From Geosiphon pyriformis uo1 (Eukaryota > Fungi > Glomeromycota): DNA of 64,000 nt. Below, piece after piece: positions 13,751 through 27,780 of this stretch. The notes below the pieces were generated by a model that had not been told where the DNA came from, did no database searches, and worked only from the letters and a program-made list of their open reading frames with translations. The stretch lies in NCBI GenBank assembly GCA_016748015.1, contig JAAOMT010000031.1, positions 1 to 64,000 on the forward strand. The letters run 5' to 3'. The translations under genes were made by a program, and so were the position numbers. Position 1 is the stretch's first letter. The number at the start of each line of letters is the position of its first letter.

Positions 13751-15481
13751 TTTTTTTAATTTCAAGATTTACAAATGAAGTCTAACTGCTATTTAATACA
13801 TAAAACCAAATTAAGTGGCTCAAATTAAATGTAGCTTATACATATACTACATGTGATCAGTTATTCAGACCAGACAAGGCAATACTATATGTTTATACCA
13901 ACAAAAATATTACTATCCAAACCAGAAAAAAAATGGCATATTTTGTGTTTGCCAAAACTAACAGCAAAAAATTTCATAACACTAAACATACAAACCACTC
14001 TATCTGACAATATAAACATTATACAGCAAGACAAATCTAAAACCAGATCATTATTCTTGATTAATCCAATCTTCTTTATATTTACTTTATGTTTGGACCT
14101 AATGAGCTATACTTTAGTGTAATGCAACTTTACTAAAAACCTAACATAATTAATAAGTGCCAAAGCAGTTTTTTTTCTCTTATCAAACACCAAAACAGTC
14201 TTAGCATACCAATTTTTTAGCACAAAATTTTTGCAAATAGCAGTATACAGATTTATATTTAAAGAACACTGTTACCAGACAAAATTAGAAATATTATTTA
14301 GCATGAAATTATTGTTATAATTCCCATCATTAATTAACATATATTATCGTTTCAAATTATTACTTATTACATTAGCAAAATGTCTGAAATTATTATTTAA
14401 TTAATAACCCAATTTGTATATGACACAAATATAACCTAATTGTGATGATCAATTATGTAATACCCCGAACTATATAACATTCAAAAAGTTCACTGAAATT
14501 TGTAGAAATTTGTCGAAATAATTGATAGTTTACCGAAATATTTAATAGTTCGCAGAAATAACTTGTAGTTCACTGAAATGTATCTTTAGTTCAACAAAAT
14601 TGTAGAAAATAGCAAAGTTCAAGTTCATAGAATAGTGTTATGACAAGTTGTATAAAAGAGGAGTGTCTCTCTTCAAGAAAATGTATCTTACTTCAGATTT
14701 AATAATTAGAATCAGTCTTTACACACAAAAACAAAATAAATATCAAATAAATTCAAAAAGCCAAATTCTTAATTATTTCCCTTGGAATTAACCAATTCCT
14801 ACTAACAGTTTGAAATTGATTAGCTACCAATTTCAGTAGACTGTTAAAGCACTTCCAGGCCTGGATCCAAAATGACTTCCATAAATCATCAGTTTTACTT
14901 TTTCTTTTATATTTCTTTTATTTTCTTTCTTTTCTTATTATAAATCATTTGGGTAGCCTACAGACAAAAATTTCTGTAGAAAAGTTAACTTTTACAGCAA
15001 AGTAACTACACATTTTTAGTGAGCTTCCAGATGAGCAATTTCTGGGAAAGAGTTGACGTTTACTACAATGTAACTATACAAAGTAACTGGCACGGAATTG
15101 GCCATTCCACTTATAAGCCCAGCAGTTCAAATTATAGAAGATAATTTGAAGATAAATTCAGTTACTGGAGGTTCAACCACATCCAGAAAACGTGAATTCA
15201 CAGCAAACAGGCATCAACAACATTGAAGAAAAGAGACCAAAGACCTCTGGTAACAACACATTAAAAGTAAAAGCAAAAAAAACTTATTAATAATACCTAC
15301 TTTTCAGTCATCTTAGCCAAAATATCTCTATAGAAACTAGTGTTATCAGCATAAGTAAAAACATGGTCAGACAATTCCATTCCACCACACAGCAAACATA
15401 GCACTTAGAATAATTCTTGTCATATAATCTCTTTTTAACAGCTACAAGTAGCCATTAATATACAGCTTTTATCAAATATGT
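13751..15481 (-). mobile_element. 3' end of a non-LTR (LINE) retrotransposon ORF2 with 3'UTR and A-rich tail, split by a solo LTR and cut off by element B1
   Basis: Minus-strand translation gives IKAVY..LLVAVKKRLYDK..(Cys pair)..ELSDHVF (C-terminal CCHC region) and LYTAICKNFVLKNWY..., with a stop at about 13885 and a T-run at about 13751-13757. The sequence continues across the solo LTR. Confidence 0.65.
14270..15255 (+). mobile_element. Solo LTR of Gypsy family A (986 bp), TSD acac
   Basis: TGTTACC...GGTAACA ends, closely similar to LTRs 21101-22078 and 29976-30953 over most of its length, flanked by acac on both sides, no internal region. Confidence 0.92.
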
Positions 15482-18400
15482 TGTTATAGGTAATTATTTG
15501 GAGTGTTAATACAAATAACAAATCTGTAACTTGGTGCTTAATAGCTAAATTGATGTTAATTATATCTGAAGGTTTTTATGATCTGAATGTTTTGGTTAAG
15601 TTCTTTGTATAATAAACAGAAATTTAATAGTTGTGTTAGTAATCTTCTTAGAATTACAATTTCATCCAATTTTTGTTTTTAGCATGGTGATCAGTTTATT
15701 TTGGTAGTTGTGCTTTTCTGATAAGCTATTCTTAAATTCTTAACTCTATATTTTTTTTTTGGGATTTTTTATTAGACTATTTTTGACATTAATTATTCAA
15801 TGCTTAATCACTCAAATCAATTAGTAAACAACAAAAAAAAATAAAATAAAGAAAAATAAAGGAAAATAAAGGAAATAAGCCAAGACAAAAAAGAGTTAGA
15901 ATTTTGTCAATAGTCATAATTAAGAGCTATTGGTCTAGTGTAGTTAAGTATTAGTAATTATTAACATAAATTTGTTAATAACAAAAAGATAGATTATGAT
16001 GATAACAAGTATTTTATTGATATTTAATGTTTCTATTTCAAGTCATAGAATACTATTATATAAAAAAATAGATGAGAAATTAGACTTAAAAGTTCTAATT
16101 TAAAGAATCTGTTTTTTTTGTTTCTAATACTACTGTTATATATACATAAATTTTGTTATATGAGATTCCTTGAATTCTATTTTTACTATGTCTTATTCTG
16201 ATTGGCTAATTATGTACTAATATGTAATTCCTATATTTTATGAATAACATTATCTCTTTCTTTTAATATTGAGCTCTGTTAAGATCTCTTATATCTCCTA
16301 ACTCTCCTTTTTTAATTAACTCTTGAACTTTATTTTTGAGAATTTTTTAGGTTATTTTGATTTGTAATTTCTCAAATTGGGTATTGGTTATTTTTCCCAA
16401 TTAGTTGACAGTAATAGTATCTATTATAAGGTTAAGTAGTATTGCCAGTCAATCTTAAAATTCTGCATGTAGCTAATATATAGTTTATGCCTGTGTAAAC
16501 AAATTGTTCTTTTCCACAAATTGTTCAAGTTGTTGTAGTATTGTTGTATTGAATAACTGTTTTGTTTTATCTATATATAAGTTTTGAATATTCAGGTTTT
16601 GTCCTAAGTAATAATAATAAAAGTTTCTTGGAAATTGTTGTATCTACCAATCCCAAGGTTTTATTGTCAGTTCCTAGTCTGGTACAACTGTTTCTGATAT
16701 TTCTATTAATAACTTTACTTTTGCTATTATCTTGTCTATAGTGTTTTCTAATTTTCTGTGCTTATTGTATTGGGGTTTTTTTTATTATCTTTGTACTAAA
16801 TAATTTGTTGATTAATTGTGATTTTCAGATTTGTTTGTTAAATTAATTGAAATAGTTGTTGTGTAATTGAATAAATGTTGTCAGTAATTTTCATTTTTTT
16901 ATTGTTGCTTTTGGTTACATCTACTATGTTTTTATATACTATTCTGTTTGATCAATTTGACATGTTTGTATTAATAATTATAATTGGTTTCAGATCTCAT
17001 AAAATCTTATTTGATTGAACTAGTATTTGTTGTATTCCCAGTTGTAGAATATTATTGATAAATGATGATACTGTATTGTAGTATGGTTTCAGTTAATTTC
17101 TATGTACTGCTTTGGCTAAGATTTTGTTGTCCCATCTTAATTTATAAGCTCTATTTCTTAGAATTTTTTTTATATAAAATGGTCTGTTCCATTTGGGGTC
17201 AAATTTTCCACTCTATTGTTTTTCTGCTTTAGTATGATGTAAAAGTATTTTGTTTTCAATTCTGAATTCAACTGGTTTATCTGGTAATTGGTTATTATAT
17301 CATTTTTTTTGTTTTTTTTGTGACTTTTGGATGTTATCAGCTGCTTTTTGTCTTTTGTTTTCTAGCATTTTTATTAGTTTATATGTTTTTTTTAGCAATG
17401 TTTTTTGTAAATTGGCTTCTGTTATTGGTTTTGTTGAATATGTTTTAATGTTTATTTCAACTGGTAATGTTGCTGTTCTACTATAAACAAATTTAAATAG
17501 TGTTGCTTGTATAGTATCTTGTTTTATTGTTTGATAAGCAAATAGTACTAATGATATAAATAAATCTTATTTGTCCTGGTTTTTTTGACTGATTTTGGTG
17601 ATTGTTTTACACAATGTTTTGTTGAATCTTTCTATTAAACCATTTGTTTATGAATAATATGATGATAATAATGGTCTTTTGATTCCAAATTTTTGGCTTA
17701 ATTCTGTTAATGTTCTGTTTACAAAATGGGTTCCTTGATCTGATAACAATTTTTTTGGACATTCATGTCAGCAAATCAGATCTTAGTAAACAAATTGGGC
17801 TATAGATTCTGCATCTGCTTTTTGAATTGCTTTCACTTCTGGCTATTTTATAAAATAGTTCATGGTTACTGCTATATAATAATTGTCTTTGCTGATTATT
17901 GTTAATAGTCTAACCAAGTCAATTTCAATTCTATCAAATAGTTGTTCTATTTTAATTGGTCTTAATGATTTACTGAGTTTTGTTCCTTATCTTTTCTGAT
18001 AAGCATCACAATTTTGAATATATTAAATAATGTTTGAATACATTAATAGCCAATAATATCTTTTTCTGGTTTTTTTTATGGTTGCTTCTTTATGAAAATG
18101 TCCTGCTGTTAAATCTAATTGCATATTGTATAATATTGTTTTTTTTTGGTTCTGTAATTACTCTAAGTGGTTGATCTGAATTCTTTCTGTTTTTTCAATA
18201 TAGTATATTTTGGTAAGTAATAAAATATTTTGATTGTTGTTTTATGTTGTTTCATTCCTTTTAAAATAATTTCTCCTTGAACTACTGGGTATTAATATAG
18301 TGTTAAAATTGTTAATATTTTTGGGTTGAAATGTTCTTAGATTTGTTTTATTTGCAATAAACTGTCAGGATTTCTATTTTTTTTTTTTTTATAATATACT

Positions 18401-20470
18401 GTATATTTGAATAGTAAAAGTTCTATTTTCTATCTGACATGACAGTCATCTCCAAATTTTTGTTTCTGGATTGATGTCAATTCTTTGTAATCAGTATATA
18501 TATCAAACTTCTGGCTTAAATACTCTTTCTATTTGATAACTGCCCAATAAATTGCTAAGTGTTTTAGTATTGGTGTTTTATAGTTCTTTTTGGCTAGACT
18601 TAAACTTCAGCTGACATATACAACTGAATGTTCTTGTTTATTTGGTTTTCTCTAAGATAGTACTGTTCTCAATGCTTGATCAGATGTATTAGTAGTAATA
18701 ATAAATGGCTTGCTATAATTTGGATAGATCAATACTAATATTTGAATAAGTTTTCTTTTTAGAATGTTAAAAGCTTCTTGCTAAGCTTCAGTTCATTCAT
18801 ATTTCACATTTTTAATTTGGAGCTGGTGGAGTGGTTAAGCCAGTTTGGAGAAATTCTGAATAAAGTGGCAATAATATCTAGCAAATTCCAAGAATGCTTT
18901 TAATTCTGTGAGATTTATTGGTACTAGAAAGTTTTTGACTATCTCAATCTTATCTGAATTTGTCTTAATGCCATCTTTGCTTATAATATGTTCCAAGAAT
19001 TTTAATTCTGTTTTGCCAAAGAAGCATTTAGTTGTATTTAGTTTCAATCCAGCTCTTCTTAGTTTCTTAAACATCTGTTATAGATAATAAAAATAATTAT
19101 TAAATGTTTTTGAGAACACATTGGTGTTATCTAAATACATAACTACTGATTTCCATATTAGTCTAGTATAAACAATTTTATAAGCTATTAGAAAGTGACT
19201 GGTATATTGGTTAAACCAAATAGTATTACTTTAAATTCAAAATTTTTTTCTCTTGTAGTAAATGCAGTTTTCTTTTTGTCTTCTGGTTTTATGGCTATTT
19301 GCCAATAACTATTGTTTAAATCTAATGTTGAAAACCATTTTTTTCTTCTGAAAGTGTTAAACAATTTCTGGATCTATGGAATCAGATAGCTGTTTTTATA
19401 AATAACACTATTAAGTTTTCTGTAATCTACACAAAAGCAAATTTTCCCATTTTTTTTATGAACTAATATTACTGGTAATAACTATAGACTTATTGATAAT
19501 TGAATTAATCCATTGTTTAACATTTGGTTGATTTTCTATCAGATGATTTTATGGTTTGCTGATAGTACTTTGTATGTTTTTTATTTAATTGGCATTGTAT
19601 CTCCAATTTTAATCTGGTGCTAAATAATATTGGTTCTGCCAAATTTATTTTCACTGACAAAGATGTCAGTAAAATTGTTAAGCAATATCTTGAGCTACAT
19701 TTGTTGGAATGGGTCTAGGTTTCTTAAATTCATTTTTTTCAATTGTTTTGGTTAGAGCAAGTAACATTCTTCTTATCTATATATTGTTTGTGATGTGATA
19801 TTTACACATTTGCAAAGTTGTGAAAAATCTGGAATGGTGTTTAGTGGTTGACTTTAACTTCAGTGCTTAAATATTTGATAATAGTTCTGCTTGGTATTTT
19901 AATGGTGTTTCCAGTTGTGTTGTAGAGAGGAATTTTAATGTATTTGTTATTTTTAGCCAGTATATAAAGATTGGTAATAGCAATCTCTCCTAATTTACAA
20001 ATAATAGCTTTTGCTTCAAAAATCTGGAGCTAATCTCTTATTTTCTTTTTTATAATTACTAAATACTAGTCATATGATAGAATAAAAATTGATTAATGGG
20101 TGGAGATAGTTTTTTTTTTGTCAATAATTTTTTTCTTTGCCATATTAACTGGTATATTTATCTTATTTGTGAATCCAAATCCACTTATTTTTTTTGTTGT
20201 CATTCTTAATTCTTCTCTATTTTCTACTGATACTAATTGAGCTATTTTAACCAGAGGTAAAAATATTGCCTATGCTATCTTTTTATTTGGTTCAATGATA
20301 TATTTTTTTTCAGAGTTATTTTGTAGCATTGTAATAATATTTCCTATATATTCTGCATTAATTATTCTCCTTCTGATATTAATTCCTTTTTTTGCTAAAC
20401 TATTCTTAAATGCTAGTTAAATCATAGTTGTTGCTGGAATTTCCAGTGCTATTTTTAAATCAATGCATGT
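15482..20470 (-). mobile_element. Ty3/Gypsy element B1, 3' part (3' LTR 15482-16249, ORF3, integrase, RNase H, RT, partial dUTPase), interrupted by B2
   Basis: LTR homologous to the other B LTRs, purine tract at about 16250-16265, degenerate integrase and RT (KCFFGKTELKFL, YLDN) motifs, and dUTPase GFGFT/KIA*AIF at about 20160-20470. Confidence 0.88.
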
Positions 20471-22080
20471 TGTTACAAGTAATTATTTGGGGTCTCAAAG
20501 CAAATAACAAATTCATAACTTGGTGCTTAATTGATATAATAATTGGTTTCTGAAGGTTTTCATAATCTGAAGATTTTGTTGGTTTGAAAATTTTGTTGTG
20601 GAGTTTTTTGTATAATGGACAGAGATTCAATAGTTGTTTCAGTAGCCTTCTGAAATTGCAATTCTATCCAATTTCTTTCTCAGCATAGTAGCTGGTAATC
20701 TGGCAGAGATGTTTTTCTGGTAAGCAATCCTTAAATTCTCAATACTATACCCTTCTTTTAGAGTCTTTTACCAGGTTATCCTTGACATCAATAATTCAAT
20801 GCTTTTACTTTTTTAATTAATTAGTGAAACAAAAGAAATACAAAGAAAATAAAATAAAATCAAAATAAAGAAATAAGCCAAGACAATGAGTGTTAGTATC
20901 TTATTAATAGCCATGATCAAAAACTATTGTTTCAGTATAGTTAAGTATCAATTACTATCAACATGAAATGTTGATAGTGGAGAGTAGATTGAGATAGTAA
21001 ATAATTATTTATTGATATTTGTGAATGGAAAGTTGCTTAGATCAAATCTAAACTGAAAAATCTGTTTTTTTTTCTTCTAATGCTATTGCTATATATACAT
21101 TGTTACCAGACGAAATTAGAGATATTATTTAGCATAAAATTATCTTATAATTTCTATCATTAATTAGCATATATTATTGTTTCAAATTATCACTTATTAC
21201 ATTAGCAAAAATGTCCAAAATTATCATTTAATTAATAACCCAAATTGTACACAACACAAATGTAACCTAATTGTGATGATCAATCATGTAATACCCCGAA
21301 CTATGTAACATTCAAAAGTTCACCAAAATTTATAGAAATTCGCCGAAATAATTGATAGTTCACTGAAATATCTAATAGTTTGCAGAAATAACTTGTAGTT
21401 CACCAAAATGTATCTTTAGTTCAGCAAAATTGTAGAAAATAACAAAGTTCAAGTTTATAGAATAGTGTTACAACAAGTTGTATAAAAGAAGAGCTTCTCT
21501 CTTCGAGAAAATGTATTTTACTTTAGATTTAACAATTAGAATCATCCTTTACACACAAAAACGAAATAAATATTAAATAATTCGAAAAATCAAATCCTGA
21601 ATTATTTCATTTTTGAAATTAACTAATTCCTATGAAACAGTTTGAAATTGATTAGCTACCAATTTCAGTAAACTGTTAGTGACTCCAGGCCTGGATAGAA
21701 AACGTTTCCCTTGACAGAATTCTATTTCTTTTACATTTCTTTTATTTTTCTTTTCTTTTCTTTTTACAATCATTAGGGTAGCCTACAGACAAGATTTCTA
21801 TAGAAGAGTTGACTTTCACAGCAAAGTAACTATATATTTTAGTGAGCTTCCAGACAAGCAATTCCTGGGAAAGAGTTGATGTTTACTACAACATAACTAC
21901 ATAAAGTAACTGGCATGGAATTGGCCATTCCACTTATAAGCCCAGCAGTTCAAATTATAGGAGATAATTTGAAGATAAATTCAGTTATTGGAGGTTCAAC
22001 CACATCCAGAAAACGTGAATTCACAGCAAACAAGCATCGACAAAATTTAAAAAAAGAGACCAAAAATCTCCAGTAACATT

Positions 22081-22095
22081 TGGTGCTCTCTCATG
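22081..22095 (+). promoter_or_regulatory. Primer binding site of element A (tggtgctctctc...)
   Basis: TGG start 2 nt after the 5' LTR; shares TGGTGCTC with the B and C PBSs. Confidence 0.75.
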
Positions 22096-22123
22096 GAAAC
22101 AACACAGCAAAAACAACTTCAAA

Positions 22124-25100
22124 GTGGCGATCACACCAGACACAACAACTCTAGAGTATTACCAATCAATTTACACCCACTGCAAGCAAAGATTCAACAT
22201 TCCAGATGGAATTGAAGTTGTCAAAAAATCAGTATACCAATACATTGAAAACTGCATCAACAATTATCTTTTTGGAAATTACAATATCTCAGAAGTTAGA
22301 AGCAATCTTTACAATAATTTAGCACACTATTTACAGTTGGGAACTGAAGACCTTAATAGTGAAACACTTGCCACTTGCTTTCATGAACTTAATTTTAACA
22401 TTATCAAATACTGTGAAGAAACATATCCAGTACAGTCTCAATACACTATTGATTTTGAATTGGAAACAGAAACAAGCAACAAAGGCAAAAACAAATTAAA
22501 GCGATATTCAAGAACCATCCCAAATACTCCAACACTACCGAAAACAATTGCCAAACATTTACAAACACCTGAACAAGGAACCAGTTCAAAACTTCCACTT
22601 ACTATCACACCTTTTCTAGTCTTACTTGTACAAGCACAAACACCTAATTCACCCTTGAATTGATTTGCAAGACCAGAAGATTTTACATCACTCAGAATTC
22701 TCACCAGACAACAAGAACTCTTTCAAACTAGTTCCAATCTCCTTGATTTTCTAGCTGAAAATCAAAGTGAACACTCTGAGACAGCAGTAAACGAAAAAAA
22801 CAACTCTGAAATAACTGAAGAAAAATCAATAGACAGTGAAAACAAAAAAGACAAAATGACAACATATATCGCAAAAATCCCTGAATTCAATAGAGAAGAT
22901 ATTGAGACCAGTCTCTAAGAATGGCTTGACCAAGTTATTAAAGCTGGAGATGCAAATGGATGGAATGCTGCCAGAATGTTAAGAACAATTCTCTACTTTC
23001 TTAAAAGAACAGCAGGAGAATGGTTTGAAAACTTGGCTGCCTCATTCAATGATTGGAACACTTTCAAAGCAGCCTTCCTTGAACAGTTCACTGACAATAA
23101 TACCTCTATTACCCTTCATAATCGTTTTCAAAATATCAAACAAGAACCCTCTGAATCTGTTATGACTTATATTGAAAAATTCAACAAACTTCTCAGACGA
23201 ATTTGCCAACTCAAAACAAATGATTATTATTTTGATGCTCAAATCTTGGATCAATTTATCGCTGGTCTAAAAGATAAACTAATTAAAAAGGTTTGCCCAC
23301 ATGTGCCAGAAGATTTAAACTCTGCCATACAGCATGCGAAAAGATATGAAATGGCCATAGAAGAGGCCAATCGCACAAAACTTGTAAATTTGGCAATTGG
23401 AGAAACCAGCTCAGCAGCTGAGGAAAAAATTGACTAACTGACAAAGAAGGTTGAAAACTATTTCACCAATTAACAACAACAACCCCAAAGATATCAACCA
23501 CCCCAAAGACGAAATCAAAATAACTTTGAACCACTTTCCAATAACCAGCCTCAAAATTGCCATTACTGTAGAATCTCTGGCCACTGGAAAAGAGATTGCA
23601 GAAAGCTACAATGAGACCAACAAAATAGAAGTAATCAACGTTACCCTCCATCACAACAATCTTATTATCAACCACCACTACCAGCTTACTATCTACCAAG
23701 ACCCCAATACCAAAATAACTATTATTAGCCTGCCCTACAGCCAATCCAACAGCAATACCAACAACTGCTCATACAACATTATCAAGTACCTGCTCGAAGA
23801 CTGCTTACACAGAATCAATTCACACCACAAAACCGATACCAAGTAAACAACAATAGAATTAGTTCGAATAACCAATTGGTTCTTCAAAATTCCATTCAAC
23901 CAAGACCCAACCACTACCACACTCAACCCAGTTATTTAACAATACCAGAAGAACAAGATTTTCATCATACTGCACCATTGGAAGGTAGAGCTGCAGCACA
24001 ACAACAAAACCCTTCCTATACTCTTACCACAATCCCACCAGCCAGAATTGCTGAAAACGCTAACTTTTCAGATATATTTCCTTTTGAGTTTGAAGCAAAT
24101 GAGTCACCATTCCTGCTTAGCAATGCAGCTGCCAATGAACAAAAAGCAATCACGGCTATGTACACTGAAACAGAAGTTGAAGGAAAGACAATTTGCTTAA
24201 TCCTAGACAGTGGATCTGCCAGAAGCATTATTACCTACCAGTTAATGCAACAGTTGAAGAGAAATGTTGACTGACCAGTTCAAACAGTAATCGTCACTGC
24301 CGATGGTATGAAAAAGACCCCAGTAGGAGAAATTGACAATTTTCCATTCACTCTTAATGGAATCACCATTCCAGTCAAAGTTCTTGTAATGGATGCACTT
24401 TAGTACCAAGCTCTTATCGGAAATGATTGGCTTCAGAAAGCCAATGCTAATCTGAATTGGGAAACACAAGAGTTAATAATCTCCTACCAAAGACAACATG
24501 CCCGGGTACCTGCCACTTGTGATACATTCAATAAATGCTCTGAAAAAGCCCCAGCTTTTGAATTCGAACTAGAAGAGGAAAAACCCCTCATTGAAACATT
24601 CATGACTCTTGGATCAACGTCCAACTGGGCTGATGAAACAAAACAAGAACATTTTACTCCACACTTTGAACCTGAAACCTCTGGATAGAATATCCCTTAC
24701 TCAAAACCTGAACCAAAAAAACAATGCCCCTATATTCCCCTTAAATGTAAGGACTGCCACAAGAAACTATCGTCAATGGGAGCCTGTATTTCACCTGAAG
24801 AAAAATATGAAAATCATACTTGTTATTACTGTAAGGCTTGCCACAGAGAATGATAGGGCCATCTAATAAAAAAGAGCAGAAAATGGGACAACACCCCTTG
24901 TTTGACTTGTGGAGATATGCTACCAGAAGAATGCAATTGGATTGATGTAATCATAAAAGGAGGAGTCTGCAATCAGACCTGCCAATATGCTTTATCAATT
25001 TCAGAAAAAATAAAAAGAGGAACACCCTTTAATGCAGCATACAACAGTGCTTTCAACAAACTTTATCACTACCCTCATGATGCCGAAATGATTTTCGACT

Positions 25101-27728
25101 TAGCAATGGCATTAATTAATGAAGCTACTAAAAAAAATGTCCGTCAAATAAAGGAAGCAAAATACATTGAATACACCATGGAATTAGCTAGATTTGATTA
25201 CGAAGATAAAGTAAAAGTTTACCACCAAATCGCAAGTCACACCTACCCAACCCAAGAAGCTCAAATTCAATGATTAGAGCAAATGAACATTAGGCTATGT
25301 GAAGAATATATTATGTCTTGTGATGAACAATGGTGTCCTGAATGCTATGCTCTTAGTATCCCCTTGCCCAGTGAAAATGATGAGAATGAAATTGAATTTG
25401 GAGAACCTAAAGAAATGAAAGAAATTGAAACAACACCCATCTACCTGATCAAAAATCAGCCTGCTTTACAACTTAAATACTTCAACAACAACAAACAAGG
25501 AATAAAACCTGAAAAAGCACACAAAATTGATGCTGGATATGACCTAAGATATCCAGGCAAGGATACTCTTGTTCTCAAACCCAAATCTCTCACAAAAATC
25601 AACCTCAAAATTGCACTCGAAATCCTGCCAGGAGCAATGGTTCAAATTACCTTCCGGTCCTCTCTGGCAAGCAAAGAAATCAATGTCAGAAGAAGAATAA
25701 TCAATGCTGAATATACTGGAGACATTACAGTGATGCTTTAAAATGAAACTGACAAACCATTCAAGATCGAACATGCTGAAAAAATTGCCCAAGCTATTTA
25801 CCTACTCTTAATCAACATTTTGGGTTTGCAACTAGTCAATCAAAAAGAACAATTAGGAAAAAGCGATAGAGGAACCCAAGATTTTGGTTCAACTGGACAA
25901 TTCACAGTTCCAGTTAATATAGCTCTTAACACACAGAATGAATCCCACCAGATTCTCAGACTTCCACAACCGATTACCATCTTACTCTTTGGAAAACATC
26001 CAGAAATCTACATCTGCCCAAAGCCAACAACCACACAACAAATTTTTGAGTCCAATGAACAAGTCTGCTTGGAACATAATATTTCAATCCCAAACATTTA
26101 TATTCCAGAAGGAACAAAGAAAGTCCAAGTTACTTTTTACAACTCCAATAATTTTATTAAATAATTTAGAAATTGGAGTTATTCACAGTAATATATTTCA
26201 ACAAGAATTACCCCAAACAGTCCCCGATTTCTCTGAAATTATTGAACATTCAATACCAAAAATCAACCCAAACCCCAGCTCCAAAAACTACCATATTGTC
26301 ATGGAAAAACTATCTCGAATCAACATGAGACAACTTGAACCACAACAACAGACTCAGCTCAAAGAGCTAATTGCAGAATTTGCTGATATCTTCGCTGAAA
26401 ACAACAATAACTTAGAAAGAACCAATTTGGTCCAACACTAAATTTATACAGGAGATGCCAAACCAAGAAGACAACAAGCATATTGAGTTGCTCCAGAAAG
26501 CCACCAATTCATCCGAGAAGAAGTATAATGAATGCTTAACAATGGGCTCATCCAACCCTTCATGAGTCCTTGGGCTTCACCTGTAGTGCTAGTTAAAAAG
26601 AAAAATGGGAAGATCTAATTTTGTGTTGATTATTGACAACTCAACAGTGTTACAATTGGAGACACCTACCCTCTTCTCTGAATTGATGACATGCTGAATG
26701 CCCTTGGAAAATCCAAATACCTTTCAACACTAGATTTAGAAAGCGGTTACTGGCAAGTTGCTATGGATCCCAAAGATTGCCCCAAAACAGCATTCACCAC
26801 CCAAGACAGAAATTATGAGTTCAATGTAATGCCTTTCGAATTATACAATGCATCAGCAATGTTTTAGAGATTAATGGATATTGTGTACCAAGGACTTCTT
26901 TAAAAATCAGTAGTCGTTTATCTTGACGATACTGATGTTTATTCTCCATCGTTCGAATTACACTTAAAACACCTGCGAGAAGTTTTTCAATGATTACGAA
27001 AAGCAGGACTAAAACTCAATATCGAAAAATGCTACTTTGGAAAAACAAGCCTGGCCTTCCTTGGTCATATTGTTAGTAAAGATAAAATTAAACCAAATCC
27101 TGGAAAAATCAGCATTGTCAAAAACTTCAAAACTCCTTGAAACACTACAGAACTAAGAGGATTCATAGGATTAGCATCCTATTATCAGAAGTTTATCAAA
27201 GGATTTTCGGAAATTGCAAAACCTCTCAACCAGCTTACCACCAAAAACATTGAATACAAATGGACTACCGAACACCAAAAAGCTTTTGAAATTCTTAAGA
27301 AAAAACTGACAACAGCTCTAATTCTTGCCTACCCGGATTTCAGCAACTGATTTCGACTAGCTACAGATGCTTCATATACTGTCTTTGGTGCTATCTTATT
27401 ACAATTAGATGACAACGGAAATGAGCGAGTAATTGCTTATGCTAGCAGAACATTAAAACCAGCTGAGAAAAACTACTCTGCCACAGAACTAGAAACAGCA
27501 ACTGTAATTTGGGCGCTACACCACTTCAACCTTTATCTCAGGTCTAAAAAATTTGATATTATTACTGATAATATTGGACTCAAATGGCTTCAGAACAAAA
27601 ATACTCAGCTAAATGCAAAACAAACCTGATGGACAGGATTTCTAGCAAACTATCAATACATAGTATATCACAAACCAGGAAAACTCCACACTAATGTTAA
27701 CTGTTTCTCCAGAATGAGACAAGATTAG
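22124..27728 (+). pseudogene. Element A gag-protease-Cys-rich domain-dUTPase-RT-RNase H polyprotein (stop-riddled)
   Basis: Capsid-like QEPSESVMTY/QFIAGL, zinc knuckle CHYC..GHWKRDC (about 23557-23600), LILDSGS, FCVDY, YLDD (about 26919) and ATDAS. Ends SRMRQD* at 27728. Confidence 0.88.
25480..25900 (+). pseudogene. Trimeric dUTPase domain inside pol of element A
   Basis: All five motifs present though eroded: DAGYDL, RSSLA, RIINAEYTGDI (GIIDAGY), KIAQAI, RGTQDFGSTG. Confidence 0.9.
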
Positions 27729-27780
27729 AAAAACACAAAAACCAACACTCAACTTAACCAACCAAAAGAGCCAACAAACA

